Positions 53,218 to 64,000 of a stretch of DNA of 64,000 nucleotides are shown here, piece after piece. The notes under the pieces are model-generated. The model was not told the DNA's origin. It made no database searches and worked only from the letters and a program-made list of their open reading frames with translations. A program made the position numbers and the translations under genes. Origin of the DNA: Eledone cirrhosa. Lineage: Eukaryota. Numbering within the stretch: position 1 is the first letter of the stretch; each line of letters opens with the position of its first letter. The stretch spans positions 26,846,001 through 26,910,000 of the forward strand of contig OZ024748.1 of assembly GCA_964016885.1 (NCBI GenBank). Reading direction: 5' to 3'.

Positions 53218-54406
53218 TGTTATACTTTGGGAGGGTCATGTTGCCAATAAGAAACACACGCACCAGTTGCTTTCACTTCAATTTATTATATATTTATAAA
53301 TTTATAAATTTACAAATCTACAAATTTACAAACCTATAAATTTCTGGTTGGTTGGTTCCACAACCAGATAGTTGTTTATATATATAGTCATAGTCCTTTC
53401 GTCACACACTCGTTACACACTCTGCCCCTTGTATAGGAGCAAATTTTGGAATAGAATAGAAAGAACTAGGAACAAGGCCAATAGAATAAACTCATGGTAT
53501 GATAGCAATAAATACCAGAGTGTAATGTTCATCAATACAACCCCTAGAGGCGAACTAGCCTACAAATTTAGAAGGGCCCTAAATAAACATAATCTCAATA
53601 TTAAGATAGTAGAAAGACCTGGTACCTCCGTAAAAACACTTATTAGCAAGACATACCCGTTCCAAAGACCCTCATGTATAGATAAGAAATGTATAACCTG
53701 TAAAATAAGCCCCCATATTAACTGTAAAACTAGAAATGTAGTGTATAGCATAAGATGTACTGAAGGACATTGTAGAAACAAAAATATAGTGTACATAGGT
53801 GAGACAGCTCGTAGTATAGGGGAACGAATAAATGAACACTGGCGAGACCTCCAAGATAATAAAGAATCATCTGTGCTCTACCAACATGCTAAGATAGAAC
53901 ACAGGGGTAGATTAGAGAGCATAGAAATAAAAATAGAATCCACACACAGAAAAGACGCAATGTTTAGGCAAATTACAGAGGCAGTAAGCATAAAAGAATT
54001 AAAACCAAAATTAAATAGAAAATATTAGTGGTACAGCAACATCACAACTTACAATTAAGGACAAAATGAAAACATACACACACATAGAACAAACAACTTA
54101 CAATTGAAAGCACACACAAAATGAAAACACACACAGGACAAAATAAAAACACACACACACATAGAACAAACAACCAACCAACAATAAATAAATAAATAAA
54201 TAAACAAATAGAAAAATATAAATGGAAAAAAAAATAAATAAATAAATAAAAATAAAAAAAAATAAAAAAATTTAAAAAATGAACACAAACACACACAGAC
54301 ACCCGGATGTGGCGCATGCGCAAACTGAGCACACAACACACACACAGAAACAAAATGGCGTAGGATAGAAGAAAGGAAAGGCACAGAAACGAAGAAAGGA
54401 ATCCCC

Positions 54407-54451
54407 AGTCACTGAAGAGGTCACAGAGTGTGTGACGAAAGGACTATGACT
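54407..54451 (+). ncRNA. Minimal type I hammerhead ribozyme
   Basis: agtca-CTGAAGA-g-gtcaca-gagtg-tgtgac-GAAA-ggac-TA-tgact. Confidence 0.85.
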
Positions 54452-54556
54452 ATATATATAAACAACTATCTGGTTGTGGAACCAACCAACCAACCAGAAA
54501 TTTATAGGTTTGTAAATTTGTAGGTTTGTAAATTTGTAGATTTGTAAATTTATAAA

Positions 54557-55499
54557 TCTATATATATAAAACTGTGGTTGTCTGTCTGTCTATCGATTTT
54601 TGGCACACATCTCCTCTTAGAATCTCTTACGGAATTGCACCGAAATTGCTACACTTGTACATTAGCCCTAGCGAAGACATCGGAAAAAAAAAAATTTCAA
54701 ATTGACCCACCCTATGTGACGAAATCGAATATAATGTATCGATTTTTGAGCGTAAGTTATCAGTTATTTCCGTTTGTTCTGTTTACATTGAGCGTCTTAC
54801 GTAAAAAATTACGCTGGCTTTCTCAGCGTTTAGAATATTGACCTGCAAAATTCATCAGTTCGAACACTAAGCTTCCGTTTTGCTTCATTTCCATTTAAAA
54901 GCATTTTAAAACAATATTTTTACTTGAAAACAAGTCTATTTAAAGACTACGTAAAACAAGCAAATATTTCGTCGTTAGGCGTGCAGACAGACAGTCGTGC
55001 AGACAGACAGTCGTGCAGAGAGGTGATATACGCGTGCAGACAGACAGTCGTGCAGAGAGGTGATATAGGCGTGCAGACAGACAGTCGTGCAGAGAGGTGA
55101 TATAGGCGTGCAGACAGACAGTCGTGCAGAGAGGTGATATAGGCGTGCAGACAGACAGTCGTGCAGAGAGGTGATATAAGCGTGCAGACAGACATAACTG
55201 ATAATTTGGTTACGCTAATGTTTTTCTCTGCGTTGCAGTGTTTACATTTTCGATCTTTGTTAATAAATAACCAGTGCAGTCTCTATCCCCAGCATCCTCT
55301 TTGGTTATAACATTCGGGTTATCGTTATGTTTTCTTAACTTCATAAGGCATATTGTTGGTTGAGGGAATATTAATCAAAAACACCACATGCAAGTCTGCA
55401 CAGTAGACACTACAGTTTTTAAGCCAATAAAGAAACTTAACATTGTAACTTTAACACAGCTACTGAGCGACCCCGAGCAACGCCGGGCTTTACTGCTAG
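54557..55499 (+). mobile_element. Non-autonomous Helitron
   Basis: 5' TC(tatatatataaaa), 3' hairpin cccgagcaacgccggg then CTAG; inserted between A and T with no TSD. The empty site is visible in the 36115-36135 pLTR copy. Confidence 0.9.
54977..55193. repeat. 37-bp minisatellite inside the Helitron
   Basis: aggcgtgcagacagacagtcgtgcagagaggtgatat at 55067, 55104 and 55141, plus variants. Confidence 0.92.
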
Positions 55500-55670
55500 T
55501 ACATAATAAATTGAAGTGAAAGCAACTGGTGCGTGTGTTTCTTATTGGCAACATGACCCTCCCAAAGTATAACAATATCGGTTTCAACACACGATTTCAG
55601 ATAAAGAATCTTGCTAAACAAATTCAGAAACGAAATATATATATATACATATATATATATATACATATAC

Positions 55671-55701
<31 letters not shown>

Positions 55702-56112
55702 CATATATATACATATACATATATATACATATACATATATATACATATATATACATATACATATATATACATATATATATATATACATATACATATATCT
55801 ATATACATATACATATATCTATATACATATACATATATCTATATATACATATATATATATATACATATATATACATCTATATACATATACATATATCTAT
55901 ATATACATATATATATATATACATATATATACATCTATATACATATACATATATCTATATATACATATATATATATACATATATATACATATACATATAT
56001 ATACATATATATATATATACATATATATACATATATATATATATACATATACATATATATATACATATACATATATACATATACATATACATATATATAT
56101 ATATACATAAAC

Positions 56113-56548
56113 GACCGAGACCTTTGGCGGTACTCAGTAATAGAGAAGACCCGCCTTACCTAAATACAAAGTAAAACCTACTACAGTCAGTAGGCATCTC
56201 TAACAAAATACACCCCAGTCCCACCACCCCCACCCCATCCACACCGCCCCCTTCTATGTAAAGTTATGTTGGTGCCACACCATCCAGGCCGAAACAAATG
56301 AGATCGTGTAGGTGTCACGACAAAAAAACACACAGACCACGCTGTAATGTGGCCGTGTAGGCAACACGGTAAAAACCTCCCAGACCCACACTGTAAATGT
56401 GGTTGGTGTTAGGAAGGGCATCCAACTGTAGAAAACCTGCCAGACAGTCCTATGCGAGCAAGACAATCACTCTTGCCTCAAGTGGGAAAACCCCCGTCCA
56501 AACCCATGCAAGCGTGGAACACGGACGTTAAACGTTGATGATGATGAT
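56113..56548 (+). mobile_element. RTE family A 3' fragment
   Basis: [16 protein letters not shown], 3'UTR and (gat)n. Confidence 0.9.
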
Positions 56549-56750
56549 ACATATACACATATATATACATATACATATGCATATATATATATATACATAT
56601 ATATACATATATACATATATATATATACATATATATACATATATACATATATATATACATATATATACATATATACATACATATATACATATATATATAT
56701 ACATATACATATATACATATACATATACATATATACATATATATATATAC

Positions 56751-56790
<40 letters not shown>

Positions 56791-56856
56791 ATATATACAT
56801 ATATATACATATATATATATACATATATATACATATATATATATACATATATATAC

Positions 56857-56889
<33 letters not shown>

Positions 56890-56986
56890 CATATATATAC
56901 ATATATATATATACATATATATACATATATATATATACATATATATACATATATATATATACATATATATATATACATATATATAC

Positions 56987-57019
<33 letters not shown>

Positions 57020-57210
57020 CATATATATACATATATATATATACATATACATATATATATATACATATATATACATATATATATATACATATATATACAT
57101 ATATATATATACATATACATATATATATATACATATATATACATATATATATATACATATATATACATATATATATATACATATACATATATATACATAC
57201 ATATATATAC

Positions 57211-57247
<37 letters not shown>

Positions 57248-57252
57248 TATAC

Positions 57253-57301
<49 letters not shown>

Positions 57302-57316
57302 CATATATATATATAC

Positions 57317-57363
<47 letters not shown>

Positions 57364-57380
57364 CATATATACATATACAT

Positions 57381-57482
<102 letters not shown>

Positions 57483-57492
57483 ATACATATAC

Positions 57493-57561
<69 letters not shown>

Positions 57562-57610
57562 CATATATATATATATACATATATATATATACATATGTAT
57601 ATATATATAC

Positions 57611-57642
<32 letters not shown>

Positions 57643-57665
57643 ATACATATATATATGTATATACA

Positions 57666-57697
<32 letters not shown>

Positions 57698-57712
57698 CAT
57701 ATACATATATAC

Positions 57713-57781
<69 letters not shown>

Positions 57782-57796
57782 CATATACATATATAC

Positions 57797-57842
<46 letters not shown>

Positions 57843-57845
<3 letters not shown>

Positions 57846-60374
57846 TCTGAAAGCAAACCTGCTGTTGGCGACAGACGAAGTCTGTGGCTGGAGCAGGCCT
57901 GTAGGCAGGAGGAGAGTAACATGGTGGTGGAACAGTAGGGTGGAGGGGTCAATTAACGCCAAAAAGCAGGCTTGGAAAGTATGGCGGGATGGGGGAAGTA
58001 GAGTAGACTATCAAGTGGCCAGGAGGGAAGCTAGGAGAGAAGTGTACTTAGCAAGAAGGGAAGCTGAGGAAAGAAAGTTCAAGCATGTTCTACAACGCGA
58101 TGACCAAAAATGTGAGGTGTTCAGGATTGCTAGGCAATGCGTCAAGGAAAAGCGTGATATTGTCGGGGAGAAGTGTGTACTTAACGATGATGGCATACTT
58201 GCCATCACCGACACTGATAAGAAGGTAGCTTGGAAGTGTCACTACGAAAGGCTACTAAATGAGGAGAATAAATGGGAGAAAGACAGTCTCCCCCATATCG
58301 ACCCGATAGAGGGACCAGCAGTGTTAGTCGAGGGGAGTATAATAAGTAAGGCAATCAAGGATATGAAGACGGGTAAGGCGGCTGGGCCTTCGGAAATAGT
58401 TGCTGAGATGCTGAAGGCATCTGGCACGGTGGGACACACCATGGTCACCCGCATAGTTAACCAAGTCGTACAGAATGGGGTTGTTCCGAAGGACTGGCAT
58501 AGCAGCATCATCGTTAACTGTTATAAGGGTAAAGGAGACGCCCTAGATAGGAGTAACTATAGAGGCATTAAATTAATCGACCAGGTCATGAAGGTCACGG
58601 AAAAAGTAATAGCGCAACTAATCAGAGAGAGAATTGACCTAGATGAAATGCAGTTCGGGTTTGTGTCAGGCAAAAGCACCACAGACGCTCTTTTCATAGT
58701 ACGACAACTACAGGAGAAGTACCTAGCTAAAGGTAAACCCCTCTACTTAGCTTTTGTCGACCTGGAGAAAGCCTTCGACAGAGTCCCCCGCTCCATTATC
58801 TGGTGGGCTCTTAGAAAACTAGGCGTTGACGAATGGCTTGTGAGGGCTATACAAGCCATGTATAAAGAAACAGTCAGCAAGGTTAGAATTAACAACGAAT
58901 ATAGTGAAGAGTTTAGCGTAAAAGTTGGCGTCCATCAGGGCTCTGTTCTCAGCCCCCTACTATTTATTATTGCCCTTCAGGCTATAACAGAGGAGTTCAA
59001 GACAGGCTGCCCATGGGAACTCCTATACGCAGACGACCTGACACTCATAGCGGAATCAATGGCCGAGCTAGAGAAGAAATTCCAAACATGGAAGCACGGC
59101 CTAGAGTCAAAAGGACTTAAAATTAACATGGCTAAGACCAAAGTTCTAGTTTGTAGGAAAGAAAACAAGGCGGCGGTCCCTTCTGGGAAATGGTCGTGCT
59201 CGGTGTGTAGGAAAGGCGTAGGTAGAAACTCCATTTTATGTCCTAAATGCAAAGTATGGGTGCATAAAAGATGTAGTGGGATCACAGGTAAGCTAACTAA
59301 GAACATAGATTTTACATGTGGCCGGTGTTCTGGTGCAATAAGTAGCAGCAAGTGCCCACAAAATACTAGCTCTTTCAATTGCGCAGAGGGTTCTATAGAA
59401 ATAGTGGACAGCTTCCGTTACCTGGGCGATAAAATCAGTAGTGGGGGAGGGTGCTCTGAAAGTACTGTAGCTAGAGTCAGAACTGGTTGGAAAAAGTTCA
59501 GAGAGCTTATACCACTATTAGCTGCTAAAGGGTTCTCCCTAAAAATAAAAGGCAGGTTGTACGATGCCTGCATACGAACAGCAATGTTGCATGGTAGTGA
59601 GACCTGGGCATTGTGTGCAGAGGATATACGCAGACTAGAGAGGAACGAAGCTTGCATGTTCCGCTGGATGTGTAACAGTAATATACGTGAACGGCAAAGC
59701 ATAAACGAACTAAGGAAAAAATTAGAGATAAGAGGGATCAGATGTTGTTTACGCGAGAGAAGGCTGCGTTGGTATGGACACGTGATGCGCATGAAAGTCG
59801 ATAGCTGTATAACAAAGTGCAGGGCAATAAAGATAGACGGAAGCCACGGAATAGGCAGACATAGAAAAACCTGGGATGAGCTGATAAACTCCGACCTCAC
59901 ACACTTACACCTCTCCAAGACAATGTCACTGGACCGAGACCTTTGGCGGTACTCAGTAACAGAGAAGACCCGCCTTGCCAGTAGGCATCTCTAACAAAAT
60001 TACACCCCGTCCCGCCACCACCCCCACCCCATCCACACCGCCCCCACCCCATCCACACCGCCCCGTTCTATGTAAAGTTATGTTGGTGCCGCGCCATCCA
60101 GGCCGAAACAAATGAGATCGTGTAGGTGTCACGACAAAAAAACACACAGTCCACGCTGTAATGTGGCCGTGTAGGCAACACGGTAAAAACCTCCCAGACC
60201 CACACTGTAAATGTGGTTGGTGTTAGGAAGGGCATCCAACTGTAGAAAACCTGCCAGACAGTCCTATGCGAGCAAGACAATCACTCTTGCCTCAAGTGGG
60301 ACTACCCCCGTCCAAACCCATGCAAGCGTGGAACACGGACGTTAAACGTTGATGATGATGATGATGATGATGAT
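57843..60374 (+). mobile_element. RTE family A, 5'-truncated (RT+PHD frame open to 59994)
   Basis: FLKANLLL...[10 protein letters not shown] is uninterrupted and near-identical to the full-length copy. Confidence 0.95.
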
Positions 60375-60394
60375 ATATACATATATATATATAC

Positions 60395-60440
<46 letters not shown>

Positions 60441-60492
60441 ATACATATATATATACATATATATATATATACACATATACATATATATATAC

Positions 60493-60539
<47 letters not shown>

Positions 60540-60540
60540 C

Positions 60541-60671
<131 letters not shown>

Positions 60672-60764
60672 CATATATATATACATATATATATATATAC
60701 ATATATATATACATATATATATACATATATATACATATATATATATATACATATATATATATAC

Positions 60765-60815
<51 letters not shown>

Positions 60816-60972
60816 CATATATATATATACATATATATATATATACATATATATATACATATATATATATATACATATATATACATATATATATATATAT
60901 ACATATATATACATATATATATATATACATATACATATATATACATATATATATATACATATATATATATAC

Positions 60973-61012
<40 letters not shown>

Positions 61013-61202
61013 ATATATACATATATACATATATATATATACATATATATATATATACATATATATATATACACATATATATATACATATATATATATAT
61101 ACATATATATATATACACATATATATATACATATATACATATATATATACATATATATATATATACATATATATATATACATATATATATATACATATAT
61201 AC

Positions 61203-61247
<45 letters not shown>

Positions 61248-61248
61248 C

Positions 61249-61359
<111 letters not shown>

Positions 61360-61398
61360 CATATATATATATACATATATATATATACATATATATAC

Positions 61399-61443
<45 letters not shown>

Positions 61444-61488
61444 CATATATATATACACATATATATATATATACATATATATATACAC

Positions 61489-61555
<67 letters not shown>

Positions 61556-61606
61556 AACATATATATATATATATACATATATACATATACATATATATAT
61601 ATATAC

Positions 61607-61679
<73 letters not shown>

Positions 61680-61849
61680 CATATATATATATACATATAT
61701 ATACATATATATACATATATATATATACATATATATATATACATATATATACATATATATACATATATATATATACATATACATATATATATATACATAT
61801 ATATACATATATATATATACATATACATATATATATATACATATATATA

Positions 61850-61895
<46 letters not shown>

Positions 61896-62098
61896 TATAC
61901 ATACATATATATATATAAATATATATACATATATATATATATAAATATATATACATATATATATATACATATATATACATATATATACATATATATATAT
62001 ACATATATATATATACATATATATACATACATATATATACATATATATACATATATATACATATATATATATACATATATATATATACATATATATAC

Positions 62099-62131
<33 letters not shown>

Positions 62132-62293
62132 CATATACATATACATATATATATACATATATATATATACATATATATATACATAAATATATATATATAC
62201 ATATATATATATATACATAAATATATATATATACATATATATATATATACATATACATATATATATACATATATATATATATACATATACATA

Positions 62294-62325
<32 letters not shown>

Positions 62326-62494
62326 CATATATATATACATATATATATACATATATATATACATATATATATACATATATATACATATATATATATATAC
62401 ATATATATACATATATATATATATATACATATATATACATATATATATATATATATACATATATATATACATATATATATACATATATATATAT

Positions 62495-62525
<31 letters not shown>

Positions 62526-62872
62526 TACATACATATATATATACGTATATATATATATACATATATATACATATATATATATACATATATATATACATAT
62601 ATATATATACATATATATATACATATATATATATACATATATATATACACATATATATATATACATATATATATATACATATATATATACACATATATAC
62701 ATATATACATATATACATATATATATACATATATATATATATACATATATATATATACATACATATATATATATACATACATATATATATATATACAAAT
62801 ATATATATATACATATATATATATACATATATATATATACATATATATATATACATATATATATATACATAC

Positions 62873-62903
<31 letters not shown>

Positions 62904-62960
62904 CATATATATATACATATATATATATACGTACATATATATATATATACATATATATAC

Positions 62961-62991
<31 letters not shown>

Positions 62992-62996
62992 CGTAC

Positions 62997-63078
<82 letters not shown>

Positions 63079-63148
63079 GTATATATATATGTATATATAT
63101 ATATACATATATATGTATATATATATATATGTACGTATATATATATAT

Positions 63149-64000
63149 GTACGAGTTGGTACCATCAATGTAGGCTCAATGAAAGGAAGAGCAGGAGAAA
63201 TCGTAGAAATGCTAGAGCGAAAGGAAGTTGATGTATGCTGTGTGCAAGAGACTAGATGGAGAGGAGGGTCTGCTAGAGTCCTTGTAGGAAAAAGCCAGTG
63301 CTACAAATTTTTCTGGGTGGGAAATGACGATGGGATGGGTGGTGTAGGTATACTATTAGCTGACAAGTGGGTAGATAAAGTAATCTCAGTGTACAGGGTA
63401 AATGCAAGAATCATTAAACTCAGACTAGTCCTGAATAAGACAATTACCACAATAATATCAGCTTACGCACCCCAATCGGGGCTGCCAGACGAACTTAAGG
63501 ATAGGTTTTACGAGTCCCTAATACACACTACTGCTCTAACAGACGACAAGGACTTCCTAATCATTGCAGGAGATTTTAACGGACACGTAGGTAAACACTG
63601 CGACGGCTTCAATAGAGTACATGGAGGCCATGGAGTTGGCACAAGGAATGAGGAAGGATTCAGACTTCTAGAATTCTGCGACGCCAATGACATGTCGATA
63701 TGTAACACAAACTTTAAAAAACCCGACAACCACCTGATCACCTATAGATCAGGGGAGCACTCTAGTCAGTTAGATTTTATCCTCATCAGAGGACGTGACA
63801 GATGGACGGTCGTAAACACAAAAGCCTTCCCTAGTGAGGAATGTACATCCCAACATAGCTTAGTTGTCAGCGACCTCACGGTCAGAACTAGACGAGCCCT
63901 GAAACAGAGGCCAACCTGGAGAAGAAAGATCTGGAAGCTGAAAGTCCCCTCAACCAGTAACAGATTTAAAGATATTTTACTCAACGCCTACGACAGTAAA
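63149..64000 (+). mobile_element. RTE LINE APE endonuclease region, running off the window
   Basis: My translation [39 protein letters not shown]...SAYAPQ...AGDFNGH. Absent from the ORF track because no stop lies in the window. Confidence 0.9.

Larger units (their letters stand above)
53216..55634 (+). mobile_element. PLE family 2, second copy, with inverted partial pLTR (53216-53411) and a Helitron in its 3' pLTR
   Basis: GIY-YIG ORF fragment ~53422-54028 is highly similar to 35155-35760; the pLTR resumes at 55500. Confidence 0.88.

Overview
This is AT-rich animal DNA. The repeat families (tRNA/CORE-type SINEs, RTE and CR1 LINEs, Penelope-like elements, long TA arrays) point to a cephalopod/octopus genome, which is an inference. 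No host protein-coding gene is supportable. Bases 1-16.9 kb are a mosaic of old, decayed transposon relics: CR1, RTE, a DD37D maT transposon, Helitron helicase, CRE and pogo fragments, and Penelope-type fold-backs with hammerhead motifs. From ~16.9 kb to the end, the window is one nest of (TA)n-derived arrays holding about 25 young insertions. These include three RTE-clade LINE families (A, B, C), all with a C4HC3 PHD-type finger inside the RT, plus a tRNA-CORE SINE sharing RTE tails, a non-autonomous BovB-like RTE derivative, two Penelope-like families with hammerhead motifs and a Helitron nested in one of them. The most striking object is an intact RTE LINE (ORF 41239-44673, minus strand). 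Its 5' end is a 12-copy array of a ~467-bp monomer, each carrying a GC box, (CT)n, a TATA box and an initiator 30 nt downstream. This suggests a self-regenerating tandem promoter analogous to mouse L1 monomers. The many YI/IY-repeat ORFs are microsatellite artefacts.
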